Virus record (IMG/VR): IMGVR_UViG_3300046779_001894
Location: 1 to 25,107 of that record
DNA: 25,107 nt
Direction: 5' to 3' (one strand)
Origin: a virus
Taxonomy: Duplodnaviria > Caudoviricetes
The position numbers and the translations under genes were made by a program. The notes beneath the pieces were generated by a model. It saw only the letters and a list, made by a program, of their open reading frames with translations, did not search any database and was not told the origin of the DNA. Shown in pieces: positions 14,232 through 24,155 of this stretch (position 1 is the first letter of the stretch; each line of letters begins with the position of its first letter).

Positions 14232-14565
14232 GCTTATAGGTTAGTTCAACCTGTTTAGCCATAGTCGCCGTCAACATACCAGCATCCGTCAACTGCTTAG
14301 CCTTATTACGAATACGATTCAACTCAGCCTTAGCCAAATCAGCAGCCAAACGAGCCTCAGCCGAATCTAACTTCGCAATCGCCTCACGCACCGCAACAGC
14401 ACCCTCAGAGTTCAACAACGACAAGTTATACACCCTGTCATACTCAAACTCGCAATCAGCCAACTTACACTCCGCATCATAAATAGCGGCAGGTGCTTTA
14501 GCAGACTCACCAATCAGGCGTTGCAGTTCCTGAATCACCATGTCCGGTGTCAAAATCTTCGTCAT
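14221..14565 (-). CDS. coiled-coil hypothetical protein (114 aa)
   Basis: ORF track; helical composition. Confidence 0.75.
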   Translation of the reverse strand: MTKILTPDMVIQELQRLIGESAKAPAAIYDAECKLADCEFEYDRVYNLSLLNSEGAVAVREAIAKLDSAEARLAADLAKAELNRIRNKAKQLTDAGMLTATMAKQVELTYKHGN

Positions 14566-14713
14566 TTAGTTTCACAATCCTCTCATCAATCAAACCAACT
14601 AAATCCATGAACAAACCATTAGCACCAAAACGACTATAAGTTTCATTGATGCACTCTTGGAGTTCAATAACAGAAGCCAAAAGGATGCGTTTATCCTCTT
14701 GCGGCAACGCCAT
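14507..14713 (-). CDS. hypothetical protein (68 aa)
   Basis: ATG at 14713 (MALPQEDKRILL...) fills the operon gap. Confidence 0.6.
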   Translation of the reverse strand: MALPQEDKRILLASVIELQECINETYSRFGANGLFMDLVGLIDERIVKLNDEDFDTGHGDSGTATPDW

Positions 14714-15203
14714 AATCTTTAATCTGCTCAAGAACAGCAGCAGGCACACGGGCAGAAACAGCATCCTGATACAACGCCAACAAAGCATCAACATTGTAGC
14801 CAAGAGCCAAAGTTTCAGCCTCTTTCAACCAGTCACGCTTAGACGGAGTGACCCCACGCTCGACCTTAGCCATTTCCTCACGGCTAGTGCGCTTATTGCC
14901 TGAATAGCCTGCGTTAGCCAACGCACGACCAATAGCAGAAGTTTCAGCGTTCTCGAGAGCAGAGGTTTTGTTAGCCATGCCAACACCGTCAATCTCAAAA
15001 GCCCAACCAGTCGCTTTTAGGTAGCGACCCTCGATGCCAGAATCAGGCAACCAAATCTCGGCCTTAACAACCCAAGTCGAAACAGCACGGTCAGTTGGAG
15101 TCGTCTTGTTCTTCGTGATGATACGAGCATTAGGCTCATCCGCATACAGACGCTTGATGCGTTCCTCAACGGTTTCATAGTCAGCAGGGTTAAAAGCAGC
15201 CAT
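14691..15203 (-). CDS. putative single-strand annealing protein (Rad52/Sak-like)
   Basis: YETVEERI...ATGWAFE...ALENAETSAIGRALA; in the same operon as the YqaJ exonuclease. Confidence 0.65.
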   Translation of the reverse strand: MAAFNPADYETVEERIKRLYADEPNARIITKNKTTPTDRAVSTWVVKAEIWLPDSGIEGRYLKATGWAFEIDGVGMANKTSALENAETSAIGRALANAGYSGNKRTSREEMAKVERGVTPSKRDWLKEAETLALGYNVDALLALYQDAVSARVPAAVLEQIKDYGVAARG

Positions 15204-15385
15204 TACATCTCACCTTTCTTGCAAGCGCACTCGCCGCTCTCAAGAGCAACAACACGCTCAGTCAACGACTTCACAATGTCAGTCAACGACTTATTCCAAG
15301 TCACCAGCAAGTCAACACGCTCACCCAACAACCTGTTAATTTCCATCTGCATCTCAACCACAGACGGCTTCTTTTCCTCAGACAT
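15203..15385 (-). CDS. small coiled-coil protein (60 aa)
   Basis: ORF track; coupled. Confidence 0.7.
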   Translation of the reverse strand: MSEEKKPSVVEMQMEINRLLGERVDLLVTWNKSLTDIVKSLTERVVALESGECACKKGEM

Positions 15386-15578
15386 TTTTCCCTTTCTTAT
15401 CTAATTCCGCTTGTCTTCTTGCTTCGACTAACTCAACAAAATTAGCCTGAGCAATGGCTAACTGTTGAATCTTGGCATCTAATAATGCGATGTCTTTTGC
15501 AACAGCACTAGAAAATTGCATTTGTGTTTTTGCCAATGTGGATATGTAGCCACAAAGTTCCAATATTGCTTTACGCAT
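15378..15578 (-). CDS. small coiled-coil protein (66 aa)
   Basis: ORF track; coupled. Confidence 0.7.
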   Translation of the reverse strand: MRKAILELCGYISTLAKTQMQFSSAVAKDIALLDAKIQQLAIAQANFVELVEARRQAELDKKGKNV

Positions 15579-16446
15579 TTTTCCCTTTCTTCACAGTTAG
15601 TGAAACAACACCATTCTTATTCACCGAACGGCTACAAACAACATACTCCTCGCCGCCGACATTTACAACCCCACGACTCGCCGAACCCAAATTATCCAAA
15701 GTCATAGACTTCAACATCTGCAAATGAGCGTAAGCCTTGTCAGCATCAAACTGGGCGTTCTGCAAATGAATACCCAAATCGCCCAAATCAACAGGCTCAT
15801 CAGAAACATCACGAGGCGACAAATCACGCACAGTCTGATAAGTCGAATCCGACCCATCCCACTCAGGCTTACTGTCAGACAACACAGCCTCACGCCAACG
15901 CTTCACAGCCACCATAATCGCCGAAAACTCAAACGGGTCAAACTCAATGTCAAACTCACGCAACTCGCTACCAGCAAACAACGCAACCAACTTGCCCTTA
16001 GTCAAACCCATCACGAAGCAATACCAAAGCACCTGATACTTGTAATGCAACGGCACTTCATCAAACGGGATACGAGAAGTCTTAATCTCAAGAATCCCCT
16101 TAGTGCCATCAGGGTAAATCAACAAACCGTCAGGGTTAGCCCTAGCCCAATCATTCATGTCCTCAGCCCAAGTGCCAACACTCGACTCAATCACATAATC
16201 AGGGTTCTGTTCCAACCACAACTGCTTCACAGGTTCTTCAAACAACTGCCCAATACGCATAGGCAACGACTGTTTCACCTCATTAGGAATACGACCAGTC
16301 GCCTTAGCCCACGCAGTAAACGCAGACTCCCACGGATTCACACCACAAATCTGACCAACCAGCGTTCCAGTAACAACAGCCTCACCCTCACGCAAAGCCA
16401 ACCACTCAGCCGAACCCGACTCAAAACTACCCAAAAATTTAGGCAT
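15571..16446 (-). CDS. YqaJ-like (lambda-exonuclease family) recombination exonuclease
   Basis: EWLALR, ANPDG, LEIKT and YKYQVLWY motifs. Confidence 0.92.
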   Translation of the reverse strand: MPKFLGSFESGSAEWLALREGEAVVTGTLVGQICGVNPWESAFTAWAKATGRIPNEVKQSLPMRIGQLFEEPVKQLWLEQNPDYVIESSVGTWAEDMNDWARANPDGLLIYPDGTKGILEIKTSRIPFDEVPLHYKYQVLWYCFVMGLTKGKLVALFAGSELREFDIEFDPFEFSAIMVAVKRWREAVLSDSKPEWDGSDSTYQTVRDLSPRDVSDEPVDLGDLGIHLQNAQFDADKAYAHLQMLKSMTLDNLGSASRGVVNVGGEEYVVCSRSVNKNGVVSLTVKKGKNA

Positions 16447-16473
16447 ACAAACTCCCTTTCTCGAAGTAGTATT

Positions 16474-16495
16474 ACCTTATGACAGACCGCCGACA
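16474..16495 (-). promoter_or_regulatory. RecA-NDp (PafBC-type) promoter motif
   Basis: TGTCGG-CGGTCTGTCA-TAAGGT matches TGTCGG-N10-TA-N3-T, upstream of the exonuclease SD. Confidence 0.7.
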
Positions 16496-16757
16496 AAAAG
16501 CCATCGAAAACGCAAGATTTCGGCTTTTAGAATTACAATCTGATAACGGCGGAACACCCTGCGAAGAAAACCCAGACCTTTTCTACCCAGAAGACTTTGA
16601 ATCACAAGATATGCAACGCATGGCAAGAAAAGTAGCCAAAGCAATCTGCAAAGAATGTCCACTAATGCAACAATGCCGAGAATTTGGCATCATGTCCAAC
16701 GCCCCATACGGCATCTTTGGCGGAATAGACTTCTTCCAAAACAACAAGTCAGCGTAA
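16479..16757 (+). CDS. whiB: WhiB-family transcription factor
   Basis: C...PDLFYP...AKAICKECPLMQQC...YGIFGG; four Cys; probably leaderless (TAGTAT-N6-ATG). Confidence 0.95.
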   Translation: MTDRRQKAIENARFRLLELQSDNGGTPCEENPDLFYPEDFESQDMQRMARKVAKAICKECPLMQQCREFGIMSNAPYGIFGGIDFFQNNKSA

Positions 16758-16797
16758 CAAAAACCACGCCTGCAACGCCAACAAACGGCGAATCCAC

Positions 16798-17091
16798 TTA
16801 CTTAGCAGACTTGTCAGTCGCTTTCTGCACAGCATCCTGTGTCGCCTTAGCAACAACATCGGGAGTCGCCTCACCAGTAGTAGCAATCGCATAACCAATA
16901 GCACCAATCACACCCAACATCAGAGTCAGCCACGCAATAACAACACCATCAACCCAAGACCCAGTAACAATCGCACCAGTTCCGGCAGCGCCACCAAGAA
17001 TAAAAAGGAACAGCCCGAAGCCACGCCACACAACCTGCCACAGAACCGCAGCAACAGCCCTCAGACGGGTTTTCACAGACAACCTAGACAC
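16798..17091 (-). CDS. holin-like membrane protein
   Basis: Two to three hydrophobic segments; follows the endolysin. Confidence 0.65.
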   Translation of the reverse strand: MSRLSVKTRLRAVAAVLWQVVWRGFGLFLFILGGAAGTGAIVTGSWVDGVVIAWLTLMLGVIGAIGYAIATTGEATPDVVAKATQDAVQKATDKSAK

Positions 17092-17093
17092 AA

Positions 17094-17567
17094 CTAGCCC
17101 CGTTCCGCAACAGGCTTCAAATTGGCATCAATGTGCTTATGCACATCAACCAACTTCTCATAAGGTGCAAGGTGAACATCCAAAGTGCCAGCAGCACCAG
17201 CCATGTGCAAATGCGCCCCAGTCGAGGCAGAACCACTAGGAGTCTTCTTGCCACCACCAACAAGGCCAATCACAGTTTCGCCACCAACAACAACCGAGTT
17301 CAGTTCAAGAGTCGGCTTTTGAGCCAAATGAGCATACAACCAGTTAATGCCATCACCACTCGACTGAACCAAACAATGACCCAAAACATCAGACCAAAAA
17401 ATCTTCTTCACACGACCATTAGTAATCGCCTTAATCGGCTTATTCTCAATCGCTTTCTTAATACCCCAGTCAGAACCACGGTGAGGGTGCTTACGATAAG
17501 AAGCCATGTTGCCCAACTCATCCCCACGGTTCTTAGGGAACGGCTCAAAATACTGCATCGCAACCAT
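17094..17567 (-). CDS. M23-family peptidase endolysin
   Basis: HRGSD (HxxxD), YAHL and STGAHLH (HxH). Confidence 0.88.
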   Translation of the reverse strand: MVAMQYFEPFPKNRGDELGNMASYRKHPHRGSDWGIKKAIENKPIKAITNGRVKKIFWSDVLGHCLVQSSGDGINWLYAHLAQKPTLELNSVVVGGETVIGLVGGGKKTPSGSASTGAHLHMAGAAGTLDVHLAPYEKLVDVHKHIDANLKPVAERG

Positions 17568-17569
17568 AA

Positions 17570-17791
17570 TCAAAGTCCTAACATTTTCACAAGGCCAGCA
17601 CCAGCAGCACCAGAAGTCAAAGCCAAACCAATAAGAATCCACTTGAACTGCTCAAGTTGACGCAAACGCATCTCATGGTCTTTAATGTTGCGCTCAACCC
17701 ACTCAACATGGTTAGGCAACTTCTCATTCAGGCGCTCGACCTGTTTAATAAGTTCGATAGCCCACGCCGGTATGTTGTCAGATTCCATCAA
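17570..17791 (-). CDS. coiled-coil plus TM protein, lysis-associated
   Basis: KDHEMRLRQLEQFKW followed by a hydrophobic tail; precedes the lysin. Confidence 0.7.
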   Translation of the reverse strand: MMESDNIPAWAIELIKQVERLNEKLPNHVEWVERNIKDHEMRLRQLEQFKWILIGLALTSGAAGAGLVKMLGL

Positions 17792-17841
17792 TGCACTCCA
17801 AGAAAAACCGAGCGTAGAATCGGTGCGTTTACAGGTCTAGT

Positions 17842-18072
17842 TTAGCCTATGAGTAGAGCGGCTTCTTCAGCCGTCAATTTAGTGCCTGCAACAAGTTTGG
17901 CTTTAGCGGAATCTTTCAAAGCCTGAACACGAGCAGCCTCGACTTCACGAGCCTCTTGCTCGGCCTGAGCCTGCGCTTGGTCTGCTTCCAACTGTGCAAT
18001 TTCCTCAGCCGTCAATTCAACAGTTTCAGTAACGCCTGTTTCGCAGTTCACGATGATTTTAGTAAGTGCCAT
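17842..18072 (-). CDS. tail-associated small protein (76 aa; fibre-chaperone-like position)
   Basis: SD AAAGGA; NCETG...ELTAEEIA; last gene of the tail module. Confidence 0.7.
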   Translation of the reverse strand: MALTKIIVNCETGVTETVELTAEEIAQLEADQAQAQAEQEAREVEAARVQALKDSAKAKLVAGTKLTAEEAALLIG

Positions 18073-18085
18073 TTTCTTTCCTTTG

Positions 18086-18631
18086 TTATGAAACGGTTGC
18101 GCCGCCAGAACCCTTAGTGCGACCATAAAGCGAAAACATTGAATACTGAGCAATAGTCGCTGATACTGGCGAAAAGAATGTTAACGAAGTAATTGCATTG
18201 GTGTTAGTCCAGCCACCGCCACTAATACCGTTAGCAGATTCATAGTTAGCGGCTCGCAACCATCCCCACTCAGACTGAATCACTTTAGCGTTAGAACTTG
18301 CATAATAAGGAATTTCAATACGCATGTTAGACATGAAGTTAGCATTGGTATTGCTGCCGGGTATATAGCCAAGATTTACTCTTGTTGCTGGCGATGTATA
18401 TCCCTTAGTAAAAAATGAGAAACCGTCATCCATCAAAATACCATGAGTGTAATTTGACCCAGTATCTGAATTGAACTGCACAGACAGATAATCTTCTTCG
18501 TAACCAGCACTTGAATACTTAGCCGAAACTAGCAAAACCAAATCTGTATAAGTTCCCGGGATACTGCTAAAAGTTACGCTCGCAGCACCGCCAGCACCCA
18601 CAGTAGTTGTTGAAATAAGACTGAAACTCAT
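18086..18631 (-). CDS. putative tail tip/fibre protein, paralog 3
   Basis: LISTTTVG...VTFSSIPGTYTDL...AITSLTF...FSLYG. Confidence 0.75.
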   Translation of the reverse strand: MSFSLISTTTVGAGGAASVTFSSIPGTYTDLVLLVSAKYSSAGYEEDYLSVQFNSDTGSNYTHGILMDDGFSFFTKGYTSPATRVNLGYIPGSNTNANFMSNMRIEIPYYASSNAKVIQSEWGWLRAANYESANGISGGGWTNTNAITSLTFFSPVSATIAQYSMFSLYGRTKGSGGATVS

Positions 18632-19125
18632 TAGGCAGACACTCCATACAAAGCAATTGATGAACCAGCAGCAAACTGCCAGTTGCTCATCCCAAAAACA
18701 ATGCTAGTAACGGCTGCGGTAGATGGTGTCCTAGCGCCATTTAGCACTAATTGATAACCATACTGATTAGCATTTTTGATAAAAACATTCTTGCGGCGGT
18801 CAGTCGCAGAATAATCAGCCATATACATCGTGCCGCTGTTGAATGTTGCTGATGCAATAGACGGATAATTTTGGTCAATTACCAAAGATGAAGTGTTAAA
18901 AGTCGTATTTGCATTGATAGTAGTGTTACTGCCATCAAGCAAGTTATAACCATAAAGCGATGTAAGGCCATTGACTTTGAAGAATACAGAATCTGTGCTT
19001 GTAGTGCTTTTCAAATTCAAAACAAAAATCAAATCACGGTAACTTTGACTAATGCTTGAAAAAGTAATAGTCGATGCATTTGCACCCAAAGTAACATTCG
19101 CAAGAGCCGTAATTGCAGTAGCCAT
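18631..19125 (-). CDS. putative tail tip/fibre protein, paralog 2
   Basis: LANVTLG...ITFSSISQSYRDL...AVTSIVF...IALYG. Confidence 0.75.
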   Translation of the reverse strand: MATAITALANVTLGANASTITFSSISQSYRDLIFVLNLKSTTSTDSVFFKVNGLTSLYGYNLLDGSNTTINANTTFNTSSLVIDQNYPSIASATFNSGTMYMADYSATDRRKNVFIKNANQYGYQLVLNGARTPSTAAVTSIVFGMSNWQFAAGSSIALYGVSA

Positions 19126-19700
19126 TATCCGGTTATCCCATACACGCTAAAGCGACTGCCAGTAATCCAACTGCCGCTGCTCAAAAAGAAAGTAATGCTC
19201 GAAACAGCCGCAGTAGCCGTGAAAACAAACGAACCATAACTCATGTAAGCCTGAGCGGTATCAATTGAGTCTGTGCGTGACTGAAAACGAGCCGTCTTAT
19301 ATTTGTTTGTAGATGTGTAATCAACAATTTCAAGTTCATGACCAGAAAAATAACCAGAAGTATGATTGTTATTCTGCGTATAGCCCATTTTCGCAGATGT
19401 TTGAACCGTTGTTGAACGCTGATTAGAGTAACTAGAGCCTGAAACTTCAAGATAACTGAACCAGTAAGAACTACTACTGCTGCCATTTATTTGAGCATAC
19501 ACATTAGAAAAACCAGTCGATGCCGTGCTTGAACGACCAGAAATAACAAAACGCAAATGCTTGTAAGTTGACGGAATTGAACTCAAAGTTACATTGGCTG
19601 TATCTGAACCAAGAGTTGTTGTGCTAATCAACTCATAAGCAGGAGTTCCGCCACCCGCACCACTACCCTGACTGAGCAAGCCCAGAGGAAACAGCGACAT
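19125..19700 (-). CDS. putative tail tip/fibre protein, paralog 1
   Basis: LISTTTLG...VTLSSIPSTYKHL...AVSSITF...FSVYG. Confidence 0.75.
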   Translation of the reverse strand: MSLFPLGLLSQGSGAGGGTPAYELISTTTLGSDTANVTLSSIPSTYKHLRFVISGRSSTASTGFSNVYAQINGSSSSSYWFSYLEVSGSSYSNQRSTTVQTSAKMGYTQNNNHTSGYFSGHELEIVDYTSTNKYKTARFQSRTDSIDTAQAYMSYGSFVFTATAAVSSITFFLSSGSWITGSRFSVYGITG

Positions 19701-20236
19701 TAGGCCACAGCACCAATCACACGATAAGAGTTCGCAGCAACCTTAATAACCGAAGCAGCCGAATACTGAGTTCCCATAGTAAACGACTTAGCCGTGCCAG
19801 CAGTTCCAGCACCAGCCCAAGTAGTCACACCAGTTCCAGCATTAATACTCACAGTTCCAGCACCATCACGAATAATGTCCATACGCTCACCGACACTAAA
19901 CACATCAGGAATAACAACAGTAACCGCAGAAGAAGCAGTAAACGAATAAGTGTCATTCGCATCACCAGCAACAGCCGTATAAGCCGTCACAGTCGAAACA
20001 GTCAAAGACGAAGTAGGTGCAATAGCAGCCCAAGCCGAACCATTGTAAAACTCAACAACCGAACCATCAGCACGGTAACTGACCATACCAGCAGCAACAG
20101 CAGTTCCCAAAGCAGAACTACGAGCAGCCGAAGAAGCATAAACCTGAACAACTTGGTCTTGCAAATAATTCTGAACCTGAGCAGCAGTCAAAACAGCGCC
20201 AGCACTAAAAGTGCGCCAACCCGAACCAGCCATCAA
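19700..20236 (-). CDS. minor tail protein
   Basis: FSAGAVLTAAQV N-terminus; Ala/Gly/Thr-rich; position in the tail module. Confidence 0.75.
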   Translation of the reverse strand: MMAGSGWRTFSAGAVLTAAQVQNYLQDQVVQVYASSAARSSALGTAVAAGMVSYRADGSVVEFYNGSAWAAIAPTSSLTVSTVTAYTAVAGDANDTYSFTASSAVTVVIPDVFSVGERMDIIRDGAGTVSINAGTGVTTWAGAGTAGTAKSFTMGTQYSAASVIKVAANSYRVIGAVA

Positions 20237-20242
20237 ATACTC

Positions 20243-21466
20243 CTAAAAACCTAACGAGTTATAGTCTAGCAAACCAAAACCGACATCATCCAAAACAAAA
20301 TAAGCCGAATCAATCGTCTGAAACGAAAAAACAACCTTATGGTCAGCCAAACTCATCTGATTCTGCACACCAATAACCTGAGCATACTTATCAATCACAG
20401 CCCCAGTCTTATTAGGCTGAAACTTGATATGGCAAATAGAACCAATTTCAAGACCCAAAATAGAGTCCTGCTCAACCGTTGACAACTTAGACAACGGAAC
20501 AGTCACAGACTCAAAACGATACTCAGGGTCAGCATAACGAGAAACCAAATAAACAGCCAACTCCCCCAAAGCCGTATCAGTATCCATCAACAAACCATCA
20601 GCACCATAAGTCCTGACACCATAAGTCTGTTGCGACAACAAATCATCCGCAATAGCCGTGCCACCATTAGCACGAACAATCTCAGCCTGATTGTAAAGCA
20701 ACTCAGACCCATAATTCACATCAATGTCCGAATAAGGAATACCCGTGCCATCATCAGTTAACAACACAGCATTGGAACTCGGATAAATGCTGTTGCGGTC
20801 TTTCCAAATAGCATTACCCGACTTATCAATAAAGAAAATGCCCGGCTCAGACTGCTCAATCGTGTTGATGTATTGCATAACATTCGTGCCAGTTTGAATA
20901 ACATCAGCCTGCAACATCTGACCACCAGCATCAATACTGCGTTTAGCCATTGACCATTGCACACCGGGGTCAGACAAAACAGCATCAATTCTTGCACCAG
21001 ACAACTGAGAAGTAGCAGTTCCAGCAGTCAAAGTCTGACCAGCCAACGCAGAGAACCCATCAAAAGCAGTCAAAGACGCATCAGACTGACCACTAATGTT
21101 GTAAGTCAAATTCCAGTCATCAACCAAACCATAGAACTGCACAACAGTTCCAGCAGTAACCCTCACCTCACGGCGAGGCACAATCTGACCATAAAACGGG
21201 CTAGAAGTGTTAGTCGGGTCAAAATAGCGGTTCTGGTTATTGAACTGAACAGTTAGCGCACCAGCATTGAAACGGTCAAGTTCACGGTTCTTACCACGAT
21301 TAATAGACACGCTTTTCACATACGAAGTCACATCGTAATAAACAGCACCAGCCAAAGTGTAAGTCGTATTATCTAAAACACCAGTAGTAGTGTCATCAAG
21401 AACAAACCAAGTTCCCGGGCCATTCTCATCAAAACCCAACTCGACTTTACGAACAGGAAGCACCAT
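20243..21466 (-). CDS. minor tail (hub/baseplate-like) protein
   Basis: About 407 aa, directly after the tape measure gene; TAATG coupling. Confidence 0.75.
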   Translation of the reverse strand: MVLPVRKVELGFDENGPGTWFVLDDTTTGVLDNTTYTLAGAVYYDVTSYVKSVSINRGKNRELDRFNAGALTVQFNNQNRYFDPTNTSSPFYGQIVPRREVRVTAGTVVQFYGLVDDWNLTYNISGQSDASLTAFDGFSALAGQTLTAGTATSQLSGARIDAVLSDPGVQWSMAKRSIDAGGQMLQADVIQTGTNVMQYINTIEQSEPGIFFIDKSGNAIWKDRNSIYPSSNAVLLTDDGTGIPYSDIDVNYGSELLYNQAEIVRANGGTAIADDLLSQQTYGVRTYGADGLLMDTDTALGELAVYLVSRYADPEYRFESVTVPLSKLSTVEQDSILGLEIGSICHIKFQPNKTGAVIDKYAQVIGVQNQMSLADHKVVFSFQTIDSAYFVLDDVGFGLLDYNSLGF

Positions 21467-24153
21467 TACACACGCTGCCAAACACTACCGTTGTTGCGCT
21501 CATAACGAGTAATGCTATCCACAATGGTCTGACCCAACTCAGCCTTATCAGTCACCATGCCTGCGTTGATGTTGATTTCATAAACCTTGGCCTGACCAAC
21601 CGAAGCAGCACGAAGCATCGCACCGCCACCAAACAAGCCACCGCCACCACCAGCCATAGTCGTGTCAGTCTGCTCATCAGACAAACCAGCCAACGCAAAC
21701 GCATCCAAATTCATCAAATCAGACATACGAGTATTGAAAGTAGAAGTAAAAGCATCAGCCAAAGTCTGAGCAGCCTGCTTCAAAGCGTTATCCTGCGACA
21801 ACAACCCCTCAATCAAACCATTAGTAACATCAACACCAGCACCAAACATAACCTGAGCAGTTTCTTCAGCAATTCCAGCACCAACATCATTCAACTCAGC
21901 AAAAACACTATTCAACTCGGCAACAGTATCGCCACCACCAGCAATAATCGCAGCAGCAGTAGCCCCACCAGACTCCAAACCAGCATCAACAATCTGCTTA
22001 AACAAGTTCTTGTCCAAACCAAGACGGCGCAACTCTTTCAAATCAGCCGCAAACTTCTTAGTCTTATCCAAAACCTTTTGGAAATTACCAGTCAAATCAC
22101 CAACAAGACCCTGCACATCAAGGCTACGAGTCAAAGTCAAACGAATACCATCAACAACCGACATGGTAGTTTCAACAATCGTCTGCGACTGCGACTCCAA
22201 CAAACCAGTAATGTTCGCAAAACCAACAACAGCGTTCTTAGTCGAAGCAATCAAATCATTAGCATCAGCAATACGAGCAGCAATAGCATCACGCTGCTTA
22301 GCAATGCCCTGCAAAGTAGCCTGAGTAGCCTTAGCATAAGCAGCCAAGTCATCAGCCGACTCCTGATACAACAACTTGTTATTTACCGCATCAGCCAAAC
22401 TGCTACCAATAGCATCAAAAGCCTCAACAACAGCAGACTCAAACTCGCCCATAGTTTCAGCAACAGAAGCCAAAGGCGAAACAGCGGCCAACAAACTAAC
22501 CATGCCGACACCAAACTCGGCAATCGCATCAGCAACATCAGCCATAGCCTGTTGCATAGCCAAAAATTCTTCCTCAGCCGCCTTAGCCGCAGCAGCCAAC
22601 TCCTCAATGCCAGCCTTAGTCAAGTTGAACTGTGCCTGCAACGCAGCAACACCAGCAGCCCCACCCTTTACAACACGGGCATAAACCGTTCCCCAACCCT
22701 GACCGCTGAGAATACTGCTAATCAAAGCCTCAGAAGCACCCAAGTTCTCAAGTTTCAGACGAGCGTTCTGCTTCTTAATCTCATCCTTGAGGTTGGCATA
22801 AAAATCAGCCACATAGTTCTTAGCCTCTGGGCCGGGGTCTTTCTTCTTTGTTGTAGTGTCACTTGACGAAGCAATCAAAATGCCTGACAAAGTAGTGGTG
22901 TTAAAACCAGAACTTGTAGCAACAGAGTTGTAGCCATTCAAGATTTCCATAGCGGTATCGTGGATACCGTTCTTGGTTCTATCTAGTTCCAAACCAATCA
23001 TCTTAAAGAAGCCCATAATAGGCGTAATGAATGGTTCAATCATTCCCAAGAACTTGCTGACAAGTCGCAAAATAACAGTCAGAACAATGCTCAAAACATC
23101 AAGCACAGGTGACAAAATGCCACCGACAATAGAAATAATGAAACTAAAAATGTCACCCAGAGCGGTCAACGCTGGCATCAAGAAATTGCCAACCTCACCA
23201 GCAAAAGAAGTAACAGTTTCAAGAATTGGTGCAAAAGCAATCAACATATCGCCAAGAATGTCAACAACTACATTGAAAGCACCAACAATAGGCTCAACAA
23301 CAGGCAGCAACGCTTCCATAGTGTCGCCCAAGCCCTGAAAGAAATTCTCAGCAGCAGGAGTTCCACCCTTGAAAATGGAATTAAACTCCATAAAGAACTT
23401 AGTAAGAGCAGGCGAAAGTTTCTGACCCAAACGAGCCTCAAAGTCAGCAAACGCACCCTCAAGTCGCTTCTGCTCACCAAACAAAGTTCCAGCACTCTGA
23501 GCAAACGCACCCTGAGCCTTAGCAGTTCTCGAATACAACAACTCAAGACGAACCTGCTGCTGAGCGTTCAACAACTCCTGACCAGTAAGTTTGCCCAGAC
23601 CCTTAGCCGCCAAAACAGCATTAACCTCGGCCTGCTTCATAGCAACACCGAACTTCTCAATCGGGTCATACTCGCCACGGAACAACGCCGTCATAGCAGT
23701 CAAAGACTCAGTAACATCGTAGCCATAAACCGTAGCCAAGTCAGATGCCAAAGTGACAAGTTTTTGAGTTTCAACAGCCGTGCGCTCAGTATCAAAACCT
23801 GCACCACGCAAAACCGAACCCAAGAAAGTAGAAGCCTGAGCAGCCTGACTCTGCGACAAACCAAGACTATTAGCAGACTTGATAAAGTTGTTCATCTTCG
23901 GAGTTACATCTTCAAAGATAAGACCAACGGCTCTCATGTTGCGTTCAAGGTCACGAGCCTGAACAACAGTCTGAGCAGCGAAATCCGCTAAGCCCTGAAC
24001 CGACTGGAAAGCAACAAAACCAAGAGCGGCACTTTTAAACGAAGCACCCAAGCCACGAACAACGCCACCCAAGCCAGCCAAAGCGCCCTGAGCCTGCTTA
24101 ACACCAGACGCATTAAAGGTCGAAAGGATAGGTAGATAAATATTTCCAGCCAC
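21466..24153 (-). CDS. tape measure protein
   Basis: 895 aa, Ala/Gly/Leu-rich with amphipathic repeats; LASDLA...GEYDPIEKFGV motif. Confidence 0.92.
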   Translation of the reverse strand: MAGNIYLPILSTFNASGVKQAQGALAGLGGVVRGLGASFKSAALGFVAFQSVQGLADFAAQTVVQARDLERNMRAVGLIFEDVTPKMNNFIKSANSLGLSQSQAAQASTFLGSVLRGAGFDTERTAVETQKLVTLASDLATVYGYDVTESLTAMTALFRGEYDPIEKFGVAMKQAEVNAVLAAKGLGKLTGQELLNAQQQVRLELLYSRTAKAQGAFAQSAGTLFGEQKRLEGAFADFEARLGQKLSPALTKFFMEFNSIFKGGTPAAENFFQGLGDTMEALLPVVEPIVGAFNVVVDILGDMLIAFAPILETVTSFAGEVGNFLMPALTALGDIFSFIISIVGGILSPVLDVLSIVLTVILRLVSKFLGMIEPFITPIMGFFKMIGLELDRTKNGIHDTAMEILNGYNSVATSSGFNTTTLSGILIASSSDTTTKKKDPGPEAKNYVADFYANLKDEIKKQNARLKLENLGASEALISSILSGQGWGTVYARVVKGGAAGVAALQAQFNLTKAGIEELAAAAKAAEEEFLAMQQAMADVADAIAEFGVGMVSLLAAVSPLASVAETMGEFESAVVEAFDAIGSSLADAVNNKLLYQESADDLAAYAKATQATLQGIAKQRDAIAARIADANDLIASTKNAVVGFANITGLLESQSQTIVETTMSVVDGIRLTLTRSLDVQGLVGDLTGNFQKVLDKTKKFAADLKELRRLGLDKNLFKQIVDAGLESGGATAAAIIAGGGDTVAELNSVFAELNDVGAGIAEETAQVMFGAGVDVTNGLIEGLLSQDNALKQAAQTLADAFTSTFNTRMSDLMNLDAFALAGLSDEQTDTTMAGGGGGLFGGGAMLRAASVGQAKVYEININAGMVTDKAELGQTIVDSITRYERNNGSVWQRV

Positions 24154-24155
24154 GA

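Noticed and set aside
18086-19700. Diversity-generating retroelement acting on the tail paralogs
   Set aside because: No reverse transcriptase and no near-identical template/variable repeat pair differing at adenines was seen.
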